Assembly: GCA_964016885.1 (NCBI GenBank)
Contig: OZ024746.1
Span: 29,760,001 to 29,824,000, forward strand
DNA from: Eledone cirrhosa
Lineage: Eukaryota
Reading direction: 5' to 3'
DNA length: 64,000 bases
Part shown: positions 1-13,837 of the stretch, one piece after another
Layout: the number at the start of each line of letters is the position of its first letter
Position numbering within the stretch: the stretch's first letter is position 1
Notes under the pieces: model-generated
What the model was told of the DNA's origin: nothing
Database searches by the model: none
Seen by the model: only the letters and a program-made list of their open reading frames with translations
Position numbers and translations under genes: made by a program

Positions 1-799
1 AGGGATTACTCAGTTAAATCTACCCCTTATTTGACACTTGAAGAAAAATTACAGTTGGCTTCAACTTAGAATATAAACAGCTCACAACTAAATACCACAA
101 GTTATTTTATCTGACTCTTTAACGATTCTGGTTATCGAACATACTAAATATAAATTCCATCATAGACACAAGTAAAAGAAAATGTGGGTGGTGATGATTT
201 TATCGATTAAATCGACCCTAGAGCAGTGGATTAACGGAAACCAGAGAGTGCTGGATTGTATTTAGTTACACCGCATCATAGTCTGAATTAATTTCCGATG
301 GGTGTGTGGGGTGAGTGGTATTATTGTTCTCCCTCTGGTTGAGATTGAATAAGTATCAATAATTCATTGCTTATATCGATTATAGTCCTTCCATATATGT
401 TTGTGGCTTCGATCCAAATGTAAGTGATACATATGGAGAGAATGAGATTAAATAACCTGCAGGATATAATTTCTATTTTTGTTTTCTGAAGCTAAATCCT
501 AACGGGGTCAACTTTATCTGCTTATAGTTCATATAATTAGAAACACTCAAAGGATAGTGTTGCTTTAGCGAATTATATTTACTCCTTGTGTAAATTGTGT
601 GAACATTCTCCACCTTATGTTTAGATCGTTGGACGTCCCATCGCGATGTTATGGGTTCAGTTCCTGAACCGAGGTGTACGTTGTGTTCTTAAGCTAAACA
701 CTTCATCTCAGGTTGTTCCACGTTACTCAGCTGAAATATATACATATGGCAGCTGAAGGTAAGTCCTGCGAAGGACAGGCGTTCCTTCCTTCCTTACTT

Positions 800-855
<56 letters not shown>

Positions 856-1612
856 GCACTGCAGGTCCCTATGAAGTCTGGTGAGACTCCAGACTCATAG
901 GCCTCTAGATGTGGGGTAGATGTTAATCCTGTGATGGACTGGCACCCTTTCCAAGGTATAATCTTGTAATCTCGGCCAGTTTATGCCTATGAAAAGTGGA
1001 TAAGATACAACACGATGAGCCTTCGGACTTGGTATAGACTTTAACTACACGAAAGTTAAACTTGTGGCTAAAACATAAAATAATATATTGTATTATTCGG
1101 TGTACAACATGCACACCTTTATACAAATATATATATATATATATATATATATCCGTAGGTGGGAAAAGCAAAGCAGTACTCAGTCAGGTATGACACCTGA
1201 TATATTGTTATTTGTTTATGTTCATACAGAGAACAAAAGCGCCTGAAAATTAGGTCACAAATTTGATCTGTCTTACAACCTGGAGATATGGTCACACTAT
1301 TGGGCCATGAAATCTATAGGTAGCGCTTTTGTTCCGTGTATGAATATAAAACAATATATATAGTGTATCTTACTTTCGTATTAAATATCCAAAGCTGGTA
1401 GACCCCCTCAAACTGATGGACTAGTTGCCGTATACAGTTATTTATTACACAATCAGATACGGGTTGCAATCGAACTTACTCAAAACTCCTATAGATGTGG
1501 CAGAAAGCACGCCTAATATTTAAGGATTCTAAAATGGCCAGAATGATGATTTGACTATGAAAAACGTGTCTCCGGCAATCCTTATCAGTTAGTATCATAA
1601 TGTAGTTATTTC

Positions 1613-1743
<131 letters not shown>

Positions 1744-1900
1744 CATGTGTCTCTCTCTCAATATATATGTGATTAAAAAAAAAAAAAAGGGAATTATAAA
1801 TTTTCTAGTGCAAAGCATAAGCGTTGGCATGTTTTTAGACATGCCAAAAAATCAATTAAATGGTAAAATCTGTTAAGTGGTTACATCAGGGGTTATTTTA

Positions 1901-2075
1901 AAAGATCTTTTTAAGCATATATGGCAGTGTGTTCCGTTATTTATCATAGAAAGATTGAAAATGTTTAGAAGATTTACGTTGGTCAAAGATCTTTGACTAA
2001 CGTAAATCTAAACATTTTCAAATCTTTCTATGAAAATAACAAAGCCCACTGCCATATATCCTTAAAAAGATCTTT
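1901..2075. repeat. Imperfect palindrome next to (TA)n
   Basis: Axis GTCAAAGATCTTTGAC at ~1989; the arms end in AAAGATCTTTTTAAG / CTTAAAAAGATCTTT. Confidence 0.9.
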
Positions 2076-2095
2076 GTTGTGGAACTAACTTTGTG

Positions 2096-2171
<76 letters not shown>

Positions 2172-2579
2172 ATTGAAAAATATGGTAAATGAAACATGTG
2201 TATAATGTTAATTAAATTTTAATTAAAATTTAATATGTTCTATTTTATGTATATATAAATGTTTCTTTCCACCATCTGCTGACGCGTTTCCCTATATATG
2301 TTTCATTGTTACAGCTGAAACAGAAGCCATTTATTATCTTTATAATGTTAATAGTAACATTAATTCATAGAACATACGATTGTCAATCAACGTACATAAA
2401 TATGTCTAACTTGATATCATAACAGGAATTTTGTTATGTTGGCTGTCATTTCACAGTTCCAAATAGCAAGAGTCTTGTATAAATAATGCAAGCTATTTAT
2501 CAAAGAAACACAGTAGTCTGTCTATCCTATGAGATCTATTGGTGATTTGAATTTGATGCTAGAATAAATCAAATCATAA

Positions 2580-2970
2580 ACAAGCCTGAATACACGAATA
2601 ATTAAATTTGGCAAGAAAAACTGTGACTTAGTGTCTAGTGTTTGGTGATCGCGGCCCACGGCACTAAACTCTTACATACGCTGCATTGTTTTCACACTTA
2701 TTTTTCACGATTTCATTTAGGTGTGAGAATAAAACAGACAAGCCTGAAGACACTACTGCAATTAATTTTGACACGAACTATTTAACATAGCATTTAGTTG
2801 TTGGCAACCTAGGCCCACGGCACTAATTTCATTATTATTTTATGAATGATTTCATCCCTGTTTCGCACGATTTTACTTAGGTAGAAGAATAAAAAAAAAG
2901 AGAAGCCTGAATATTCTATATCGGTTAATTTTAGCAAAAAGTCTGTAACACAATTCTTAGATTTTGGCAG
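2580..2970. repeat. Diverged tandem repeat, ~160-bp unit, ~2.5 copies
   Basis: AAGCCTGAA at 2582, 2740 and 2903; GGCCCACGGCACTAA twice. Confidence 0.75.
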
Positions 2971-3708
2971 TCATTATTCTAGATCCATGTTATTAGCACT
3001 ATTTCAATCCAGACCTGCCAACCTCTAAAAACCATGAAAAACAGTGCCCCAAAACGGGGAGAAATGAGGTAAAATGGGGAGATTTTACATAATAAAAGAC
3101 AAACGAGTTTTCACAAGAGAAGATATCTCTTATCCACCCCAAAGTGGGTGGGAGATCTCCCCGTCGGACAGGGAGAGATGAGATGTCTATCAATCAATCA
3201 GATTCAAAGCATAAGGACAATATTGGTGCTTAGCTGGAAACCGAATTATTCACTGACTTTCTCGAGCATCAGTCAACCACCATATTTTTTAAGAACTTAC
3301 TTTTCGATGCTAATTAACCAGGTTCAATTAGGTCGATACTTACAGGGCTTCCTTCATACGTGACCGTAGTCAAATACAAAGTTCCTCGTCTTTCGGTAAG
3401 GAATTAACCCCTCGTTTAACCCGGAGTTTTTAAATGATACGCCAATTTTTACAATTGATAAATCTGTCGTCGTATTTGATAGCACCAATACACTTGTGCG
3501 CGCACACACACACAGAAACACACACACAGACACACACATACACACATACACACACATACACACACCAATACAAATATATTCGTGAGTTACTGACGGACGT
3601 GATAAAAAGTACTAAATGCCAAAGTAAAATTAATTAATTTATCATGGCTATACCGTGAGCTTTATTACTCTGGTGTTTCACTTGCACACTCATTGTATCA
3701 AGACAAGA

Positions 3709-3756
3709 GTTGTCTGATGATCCTGTGAGAGGAATGCAAAACTCCTGAGTAACAAC
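3709..3756 (+). ncRNA. Type-I hammerhead ribozyme, GAAA box damaged
   Basis: GTTGT-CTGATGA-TCCT gtgag AGGA-atgc AAAA-CTC ct GAG-TA-ACAAC; stems I, II and III pair. Confidence 0.65.
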
Positions 3757-3836
3757 ACTCACTGTTTAGCCTTAATAAGATTAATACTGGTGTATGGAGT
3801 ACTCTTTTCTTTCGGCCGTCAGTTACGTTCGGTATG

Positions 3837-3895
<59 letters not shown>

Positions 3896-3897
3896 AA

Positions 3898-3938
3898 CGA
3901 TGTACTAGTTTCAAGCTTATTAGCTATCGTCAGCATCG
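3898..3938 (-). ncRNA. Minimal type-I hammerhead ribozyme (family A)
   Basis: Minus strand: CGATG-CTGACGA-tAGCT aata AGCTt-GAAA-CTAG-TA-CATCG. Confidence 0.9.
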
Positions 3939-4308
3939 TATACCTTGCTGCCAGATGGTTGAACGTCTGAAAGTATATACTTTCCTTATGCATATTAACG
4001 GCTGAGCAGCCTAATTTGCATATCGAGTGAGTTCAGTCGGCCGGGCACACCAAAAACGATAAATGGAATAGAATGAAACGAAATTTCATTTCTCACTCTT
4101 AGTATGGCACTTACTTAAATGTAAGTATGTATGCATGTATACGTACATACATATATGTATACAGACGTACAGTAGTATGTATATATATATATATATACAT
4201 ACATGCACACATATATAAGTAAGTTCCGTACTAAGAGTGAGAAATGAAATTTCGTTTCATTCTATTCCATTTATCGTTTTCGGTGTGCCCGGCCGATTTT
4301 ATATATAT

Positions 4309-4680
4309 AAAATAATTAAGTCAAATATGTAAAATTTGGCTTCGTTTATTATAAATTATAGATATACTGCTGTATATATTTCGGTGACAGCCATCATTGG
4401 CTGTGACCTCTTCAGGCAGTCCGAATTGGTGTGGGAAATACAGGTACACATATGATTCCAGTTCCTCAGAGGAATAACAACACAACCAGGAGCTGGACAT
4501 ATCGATGTATTGACGGAGTAAAACACACTTCAACAACATGTGTACCTGTTTTTCCCACACCAATTCTGACTGCCTGAAGAGGTGACAGCCAATGATGGGT
4601 GTCACCGAAATATATATAGCAGTATATCTATAATGTATAATAAAGGAAGCCAAATTTTACATATTTGACTTAATTATTTT
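4309..4680. repeat. Head-to-head inverted repeat, ~145-bp arms with HHRs
   Basis: 4309-4453 is the reverse complement of 4537-4680 with a few mismatches. Confidence 0.95.
4569..4623 (+). ncRNA. Type-I hammerhead ribozyme (mirror copy 4366-4420 on minus strand)
   Basis: ACTGC-CTGAAGA-GGTGAC...GTCACC-GAAA-TATATA-TA-GCAGT. Confidence 0.9.
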
Positions 4681-4771
4681 ACATTACTCCGGAGTAAAAA
4701 AACCAACCTGCGTACTTCGTTGAGTGCTCCAATCTGCATACTGAGGTCTCGGTAAACAACCAACATATACT

Positions 4772-4809
<38 letters not shown>

Positions 4810-4849
4810 GAGAGTAGTGAAGTTTGCTTGAAGCATTGTGGAATAATAA

Positions 4850-5443
4850 GTAAATATCTTTAAGTCGTTTGGAAGCCTCGACAATGCAAATGGGTAAATC
4901 TCCGGGTAACAAGATCCGGTGGTGGAGAGAGAGATGTAAGTGGGTGTACGTTGAGATGCGTGGTGTGTATGAGATGTGTGGAAGAATGAAGGAAAGAGTA
5001 TAAAGGATAAAATAAAATAACAACACGAGAGAGAGTTACCTTGGGAGAGATTTAATAGTCCCTATATATTTCGGATTCACATCCATCAACTGGGGGTTTT
5101 TCCGGGGTGGAGGAAAGTTGTCTGTCGGACAAGTGCGAAACGCGTCCTCCGCTGTTTGTTGTTTTGACATACAACCTTTCCCCCACCCCGGAAAAACCCC
5201 CAGTTGATGGATGTGAATCCGAAATATATAGGGACTATTAAATCTCTCCCAAGGTAACTCTCTCTCGTGTTGTTATTTTATTTTATCCTTTATACTCTTT
5301 CCTTCATTCTTCCACACATCTCATACACACCACGCATCTCAACGTACACCCACTTACATCTCTCTCTCCACCACCGGATCTTGTTACCCGGAGATTTACC
5401 CATTTGCATTGTCGAGGCTTCCAAACGACTTAAAGATATTTAC
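4850..5443. repeat. Inverted repeat, ~275-bp near-identical arms
   Basis: The identical ORF N-termini on opposite strands (4679-5026 minus, 5267-5596 plus) reflect the arms; spacer ~5127-5165. Confidence 0.95.
5198..5233 (+). ncRNA. Hammerhead-like motif with aberrant core CAGTTGA (mirror 5060-5095 on minus strand)
   Basis: CCC-CAGTTGA-t GGAT gtga ATCC-GAAA-TATA-TA-GGG. Confidence 0.55.
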
Positions 5444-6605
5444 ATATATATATATATATATCATACCATATATATACCTCTTTCACTTCTCTCTTCTTCA
5501 AAGCCTCTTTCTCGTTCCCTATTCCATTCTTTTTTCTGGCGAAGGAACTACACCCAAAACGTAATAGATACTCAATTATTTTCGTTTTTTCGTTGAAGTG
5601 TTCAACTAATACCATTCCTTGTATTGCGTACCTTCCGTGTAGTATGTTATTTTTTTATATTGCCCCCCCCCCCCTCTCTCTCTCCCTCACTCACTATCTA
5701 TCTATCTAGCTAGCTAGCTGCTTTATCTCTTTGTCTGGCAATCCATCCATACATTTACTTTTTGCGTCTGTCTGTATGTCTGACTATTTATCCACATATA
5801 TGCATATATCTATGTGTGTATATTGTTATGTATGTATAATACATAACATTATGAAAGAATAAGTGAACTCAGGAAATTTATTCCCGTTCTCGAATCAAAG
5901 ATGTAATGTCGTTCGATATAAAGCTAAATCGCTGTCAGTTGTGCCATCCGTTGTAGCTTTTTCTTTATTACTTTATACCAGTTTTCAGTTCAATACATTG
6001 AATTAATTTTTATGAATACTAACTGAAACTTCTAAACGACTTACTAAATTTAAAATAGTGATATTTCTTTCTTTTTCTGTATCTGCCTTTCCCCCTCTCT
6101 CTCTCTTTCTCCATCTTCCCTGTCTCTTATGTTGAGTTACAATACATTGAAAAGGACTAACTGCCACCATCAAAGAACCAGATATTTATTACAACATACA
6201 AAAGATATACTGGGAGAAAAATTGAACATTCCGACGATATGAAAAGAGGTCAATTTTAATATAAAATTCTTCTCAAGGGGAAGAAGAAATATTTGTGATT
6301 CATAATTGAATATATTTGATGCATACACAGAAATCATCATTTTTTTTTTTCATTTCATATATATTTTATTCTATTTAAACATAATCATTACCTCAAGCAT
6401 TCCGTGAATTCTGGTTCAGGTTGATAAAATTTTATCCGATATTCTTATTGTTTGTTACTGAGATATTCTGTATAGCAATAGTTCTACTATTGTATAGTTG
6501 TATAGTTCAATATAAGATATCCTTTGTGTAAAACTTCCTTCTTGGAAATTATGCCAACGTTTGATTTACCGATGCTAATAAATATATATATATTTACCGA
6601 TGCTA

Positions 6606-6697
<92 letters not shown>

Positions 6698-6700
<3 letters not shown>

Positions 6701-7724
6701 AAAAAGTATGACCCCGACGGCAGAGCTCAAGCCGTTTCGACGGCTATTTCTGGACTAAATTAGAATTTTTAGCCTAGTGAATAAATAGCCGAACTTGTGA
6801 AGGGGGTACTTCCTTACATTACAAATGCTGTTTTCGAAGGACCATCTCCTAAACAAGAAAGACGAACTGGTAACCGCATGCAAACACAGATTGCGTAGGA
6901 CTTACCTCGCCCTCAAACCCTATAACGACCCGGGTGGGTATACAAGGGCTGATACCCCCTCACTTGCCGAATAAGTTAGGGGAAACCCCAGCTTACATAG
7001 GTAGATGTATTTCCTTTTTTTTCTTTTCCTCATTGTCTTCTTCTTCCCCCTGTCTCATCCTATCACTTCCTTCCACCCCTTATTTTCTTCCTCGTCTGCT
7101 TTTCCCCTTTCGCCTACCCCGATGCAGCCCATCGGGCCTCTGTAGAATCAGTTCCCCCACCCCTGTAATTTTAAGATAGAATTGGCCGAATACGTTTTAC
7201 TAACTACTTTTAGCAGACGTGTTAAACCCCTTTTATTTTTGTATCAGTTTTGGTACTACTCAATTTCTACAAGTTTTTTCTATTCTCAACTTATTAACCT
7301 GTAATTGTAAGATAGCATTGTGATTTTTTAAAATTCATTTCTCACTATCTAATTTTATAATTTTTTTTATTTATTTCTATTATCTTTTATTGTCTCCTAC
7401 TCTCATTCGATTTACCTATTCTAGAACCTCCCTCCTCCACTTTATACACTATCCTTAGAATCTGCTGTATACATATCACTTTCAACGCTTGACCGCTTCA
7501 CTCACTCCCCTATTATTCTACAGGCAGTTCAGCCACCCCTACCTCCCACCAAATACCATGAAAGACTTATTTGTGTTTACAACAAATTTTAACCAATCCA
7601 CTTGACAATTTCAATCTTCCCATATAAGTTCGGCTATTTATTCACCAGGCTAAAAATTCTGATTTAGTCCAGAAATAGCCGTCGAAACGGCTTGATCTCT
7701 GCCGTCGGGGTCATATTTTTTCCT
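6698..7724. repeat. Element with ~100-bp terminal inverted HHR-like arms and ~820-bp spacer
   Basis: 6698-6800 vs 7626-7724; (TA)n on the left flank and ~85 bp beyond the right arm. Confidence 0.9.
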
Positions 7725-7802
7725 ATTTCACACTCTACTACCATAAGTATTGAGTACTCTGTTGCGTTATGGTCCATCTGGTTCCTTACCACATTTCCTT
7801 TG

Positions 7803-7846
<44 letters not shown>

Positions 7847-7878
7847 ATACATACATATATATATATGTATATATATAT

Positions 7879-7938
<60 letters not shown>

Positions 7939-8062
7939 TACACTTCACACAAAGTAAAACATTTCGTTTTAATCATTTTCTAACCCAGAAAAGAGAGAGA
8001 GAGAAACAAAAAAAAGGAAAAAAACAAATTTTTCTTCCTAATAATCGTCTCTTTCTCCCTGT

Positions 8063-8112
<50 letters not shown>

Positions 8113-8253
8113 GATAACAGGTTATCGTTATAGGCAGTCCACTTAGATGTAGTCTAGTTAGAGTACACCGTGTAGTGGATAGTATTAACGTGTGGCAAGA
8201 CGTTTCCATAGTGATGCTGCGAGGTCGCGGTGATTTCTATTACTTGGAGTAAT

Positions 8254-8544
8254 AATAATTCAAGAAAAAAAGAGTGACATGGTTCGCTATACAATAAGGG
8301 CTTTATTCACATTGCTGACAATTGTTTCTTCGATCTGGTAGGTCTAGAGTTCGCTACCCGCCTGATTGTGCGTCAATCGATCTACAATACTTTGTTTATA
8401 ACCAGTCGTTTTCATCAGAGCACGCGAACATTTCGCAAAATCAGGCGGGTAGCGAACTCTATGCCTATCAGATCGAAGAAACAATTGTCAGCAATGTGAA
8501 TAAAGGCCTTATTATATAGCGAACCATGTCACTCTTTTTTCTCG

Positions 8545-8550
<6 letters not shown>
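8254..8550. repeat. Inverted repeat, ~117-bp arms
   Basis: 8254-8371 vs 8434-8550; the right arm runs into (TA)n. Confidence 0.95.
8313..8422 (-). ncRNA. Type-I hammerhead with long stem II insertion
   Basis: Minus strand: TGCT-CTGATGA-aaaCGACTGG...CCAGaTCGaa-GAAA-CAATTG-TC-AGCA. Confidence 0.75.
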
Positions 8551-8609
<59 letters not shown>

Positions 8610-8652
8610 AATTACAGTTGAAAATTGCAAACTTGACTGTCACCACACATTA

Positions 8653-8691
8653 TGAACCTGAAGATTGCGAAAGCATGAAAGCACTTGTTCA
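8653..8691 (+). ncRNA. Minimal hammerhead (same family as 48047-48467)
   Basis: TGAAC-CTGAAGA-tTGC gaaa GCAt-GAAA-GCAC-TT-GTTCA. Confidence 0.8.
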
Positions 8692-8803
8692 ATTAACACT
8701 TAACATTTAATATTCTATCATACTATTTCGTTATAATACCATTATAAATTTTAAAGGATTGTAAATAAAACGAGTAAATCAGACAGAGTTGGAATTCCTC
8801 TTA

Positions 8804-8856
<53 letters not shown>

Positions 8857-9143
8857 TTTATATATACTTGTTTACCAGCAAATTGAATTGCCATCTGTCA
8901 TATACTATCCCTTCTCTTCTTCCTTTCTTACAACTAATATAAATACTTCGATTTTTCTGATTTTTTCCAATTTATCCAATATCTCTGAAGAAGTGACAAC
9001 TGATTATACATTTGCTATCGAATACTTGCTAACATTATATGATTACGCAAGCAGCGATACATAGGTATTCTGTCTGTTACAGAAACATATGTCAATACCT
9101 AATAAATTCCTTTTTTAACAAAAAACACTTTCATTTTATATTC

Positions 9144-9186
<43 letters not shown>

Positions 9187-9196
9187 ATATATATAT

Positions 9197-9460
9197 AGGC
9201 TTTGTTGGAGGTGTCCGTCCTCACGTTGCACTGGTAGATCACATTACGATCTCTGCATCTGTTGTCGATAGGGGCAATTGGATCCATCAGGACAGTTGCA
9301 CCTCCTGGTCGGCTCTCCACTGCTATTTCGGTTATTTCTTCCATGGGGGTTGAGTTTTTTGTTGTTAGAGGAGACGATGTTTTGTGCAATATATATATAC
9401 ATATTGCATATGTATAATTGCGACCTCATATTCACACATGCACCCATGCTGTAACACACG
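9197..9460 (-). pseudogene. Fragment of a second PLE clade (RT-EN linker and start of GIY-YIG)
   Basis: Joining frames gives YSMGACVNM..NIVSSNNKKL...RRCNCPDGSNCP/IDNRCRDRNVIYQCNVRTDTSNKAYI. This matches the PLE pattern SYSCMPNM..HNKKL..CNC..CP....C...VIYQ...YIG. It is cut off by (TA)n. Confidence 0.75.
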
Positions 9461-9842
9461 TACACAGCCGCACAGACACATATACATATATCTTTCATTA
9501 TCTTGTTTCAACTATAACTGTTTATGCTTTCTTCGTATTCTAATTTTTAGTACAGTGTTGTTATATTATGTATGTCGAATGTTTCTTCACAATCCTTCAT
9601 GGTAGCCGTAACAATTACTAAAATTGGAAAACACCTACAAATATACAGCAATAAGAAATCTACCTCATTAAATGGAATAACGGAAATCAGAAATAAACAA
9701 TAGAAAGGGCAACATATTTGAATGTTTACTGACATTTACGATTAAATAACCAGTACAAGAATTGTAGAAATATTTGACACATACACACACCCACACACAC
9801 TCTCACTCTCTCTCTCTCTCGCTCTCTCACACACACACACAT

Positions 9843-9880
<38 letters not shown>

Positions 9881-10272
9881 GTATATGAGTATCAACTGCT
9901 AGGTCCATATGCTGACCCTGATCGAGTGATATTAGAGCTGTGAAACCTTGCGTGCATCATTTTCAACTTTTATTAATAACTGCAGTGTTTATTATTTTCC
10001 AGGGTCCATGTTGAAAAATAAACCTCATATTTTCATTCCATGAAAGTATCTTGGTCAGCTTATGAACCTTTTAACCGACCGAGGTCAACAGCTTAAACAG
10101 AACGAACTGATTCTTCCCTGTTACTTCCACAATTAATGGTGACACAGCTAAGGTCAACACCAAGAGAGAAAGACTGAAAACTACAGAGAAGAATGTGAAC
10201 TTTTCTCTATATGTAAACATTTTTTCCCCATATTATTATTAATATGCAATTTAATTGCATTATACTCTTCCG

Positions 10273-10308
10273 TCGCATGAAGAAGCCTATAATCTGAAAC
10301 CGGTACGA
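10273..10308 (+). ncRNA. Degenerate minimal hammerhead
   Basis: TCG-CATGAAGA-AG cctataat CT-GAAA-CCGG-TA-CGA. Confidence 0.45.
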
Positions 10309-10635
10309 ATGATGCGGAAATTCCTATTTTGTATATAAATCTTTTGCTGTTCTTCTGAGAGAAAATCCCTTTAGCATTTTCTACTGTTTTTTTTATTTTT
10401 TACTATTATATATATCATCTCGTGTGTCACTTCTCTACATTCTAAATATATATATATATATATATAATATGTGTGTGTATTAGAAGTCAGATAAAATGCA
10501 TTGCGATAGTGGTTCCAGCTCTCTTCGTTCTAAGTTCAAATCGCGCCGAGGTCACTTTGACATATGTCTACACATAAGGAACCACTTCAATAGCGCGATC
10601 AGTGATACCTCTGTCTCGCTTTCTTATTTCTCTCG

Positions 10636-10676
<41 letters not shown>

Positions 10677-11549
10677 ACATTTACACACACAAACATCAAC
10701 TGTTCAGACATGAAAGGGGTTGGGTTCTGCCAGGTTTAAATACTCGCGAGACACCATATTTCAAAACAGTGCCCTCACTGATTGACGACTCTATCTGGAG
10801 ATAAGGGTTCATACATAAATGCATACATTTTGCTCTAGTGAATGCGCGAGGCTACGTGGTTAGCGCTCGACTCACAATTTTAAGGTTAGATGATAGGACT
10901 GGAGTCCCTATCATTAAATCACCCACGACACCTCGAACGAGATTTATCTTGGAGGAGGCCAGCTAGGTGTGAGCTGTCACAACAACAACAACAAATGTTA
11001 AGGTTCCGAAGTAGATTCCAAGCAAGACTTATTGTCCTTGACCAAGACAATGTATTTCACGTTTATCCAATTGACTCAGCTTGTAGACAAGAGTTATATC
11101 TGAAATTCAACGAGTCAACATTATTACACATTAAATTACACTAGATATCAACATATAAATATACTTTTATATACATAAACACGTTTATGTTTATATGTAT
11201 CTATCTATCTATATCTATATATATATATATATATATAGATATAGATATGTGTGTATATATATAAAGAGAGAGAGAGAGAGAGAGAGAGTGTGTGTGTGTG
11301 TGTGAGAGAAAGAGAGGTAAAACGATGAATTTTCTTTCTCTAATTTGTCTTTACCTTTTCTTATCTCGTTTGTTTATTTTTTACACCGTTCATCTCCTTT
11401 TTTTTCCTTTTACGTTCTTTTTCCTTTACCTTTTTCTTCTGTATATTTCAAATTCGAATGACAGGTTCTTATATAATATACATACATTGAATTATTCGTT
11501 TTATGACTATTCTTTATGGACATTTTATGTATACATACAAACACACTCA

Positions 11550-11616
<67 letters not shown>

Positions 11617-11711
11617 TTGCGTTAAAGAATATATACTCATAGATAAGTAGAAGCTCGTGTGTGCGACTATATACATTCAAACTTGTAAGAAGTGAAAAGG
11701 TATGTGTGTTC

Positions 11712-11809
<98 letters not shown>

Positions 11810-11888
11810 TACATATATATATACATATATACATATATATATTATATATATATAATATATATATATATACATATATACATATACATAC

Positions 11889-11925
<37 letters not shown>

Positions 11926-13292
11926 TATTTACATGTGTGTGTGTGTTAACAGTTTGAGTTAGATTTATATTTCACAAGAAGGAGAATTTATACTTTTCAT
12001 CATTGCGATGTAAAACCCCGAAGTTTGCGAATAAAATTTTCTTACTCTTGATAAACTTTAAATAATGCAATTCTTAGTCAAACAATTTACACAACAAATA
12101 AGTCATAACTCCAAAGTAGAATTGCATTGTTATTGGGTTTACTTAGTACTCGCGTAATTTGGGGTTGAATCCCGCCGTGCGGTTACTTGTTCTATTCATT
12201 CTTACTATAGTTCCTGTTTGTGGCAGCTTAGCAGTGAATTGTTCCAACGTGGTCAGTGGAGTTGTGTAACATTAATGGTTCTGATGATACTAGATGTGTC
12301 ATCTAGAATGGCACATAGGTTTCAGGGAGATTTCTCGGTGAAATTTAAAGTTAATTGAGTACAAGGAAAAATCTAGGCAGAATCTGTTGGAAATCGAAGA
12401 AAGATTTATTATTCAATAGGGTCTATTACACGTGTTTCAATGTTGTTACGAGAGTTGAAAGATCGTTACATAATTCAGTATCGCGTACTGCTTATTTTCA
12501 ATAGCATTTCTTCAGAGAGATCCAAAGTAGATGTAAAGCTCATTGGTCCAGGTTGTATTTATATAGTATTTTCAGCATCAGGCAGGCACCTCATCGAAGA
12601 CATTATATGTATATTAATAGGATAATGATCATGCAAATTTAACAGTAGAATAATTAAATATGTGAATATCAGAAATACATGGATCTCCACCGTTCATGTG
12701 TACATATTAATGAGAAGGGTAACAAACATTTTAGAGTAGCTAATGGAATGTGTTAGTAAGTCATTAGAGGAAATGTGAGTGGTGACAAGTTGTTAATGTA
12801 TTCAGTAATTGGTTAATGTATTCAGTAATTCGTTATTAAAAGGAATGTAAAAGCTTTGAACTTTATTGGGGAGAGATGAAAGAAAGATGGTGTGGTTTAA
12901 TTTTGGACCATAGCAGTTGAAAAGATATATTTAGTGTGTGTATGTGTGTTGGTTCGAAGTCATTGTTTACTAACCGTAAACTATGTCTTCGATGCAACAA
13001 CAGAAACCTTTAGTTGTTTATAGTTGACCTTGTCTTTCAAATTTTCTTTTATTGATGCTTCTTTCGGCTCTTGCGTTTTTCATATTTGTAAGGGTCACAA
13101 GATAACGCCTAATCTGTCATAGTTTACGGACGGTTAAATTGATTCAATAGATAGATATTAATGAAATATCATTATCACAGCAAGTAACACAACACTCTTT
13201 ATAACTTGGGTCAACAAATATGAAAAAATCTTGTTTATAATTAGACCCTAACTTTTTCGTCGTTCGTGAGATCTATCAATATATACACACAT

Positions 13293-13370
<78 letters not shown>

Positions 13371-13837
13371 CTTATTAAAAGAGGAGTCAAATTCAGCAAA
13401 TTAAAGTATAATTCGGCTGTTGATGAAACTGCTATGCGGAATTTAACTTCTATTCTACTAGTAAATTGGTTTATGCTTAATTGTTTTAAATTATATCGGC
13501 ACAAAACTTTGGCATTGAAAGCTTGGCCAACACTTGATGTAGTGCAAAATGTTCCATCTTCTACGTCTAGTTTAAGGATAAGGTATCGCAATAGCTTGTG
13601 TGTTCAACGGCTCTCAGGTTTTAAATATATACAATAATAACGTATATTACAAAAATAAACAGAGATTTACATAGGATAATTATAAATGTTTTCACGACAA
13701 AGTTTGACATTCTGATATTTAAGATACCAGATGAGCACACATCCCCTGTCAAACTCACTCATTCATCAATAGACAACCAAGAAAGAACACTTATAGAAAA
13801 TGTAAGAACAATTGAGGTGCACCAGCATAGCCTAACC

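Noticed and set aside
1008-1058. Weak HHR-like strings (also 2173-2207, 2275-2290, 17885-17920, 19200-19250)
   Set aside because: The core or stems are too incomplete to call by eye.
4679-5596. Mirror-image ORF pairs (also 23540-23857 and 62669-63122)
   Set aside because: By-products of DNA palindromes.
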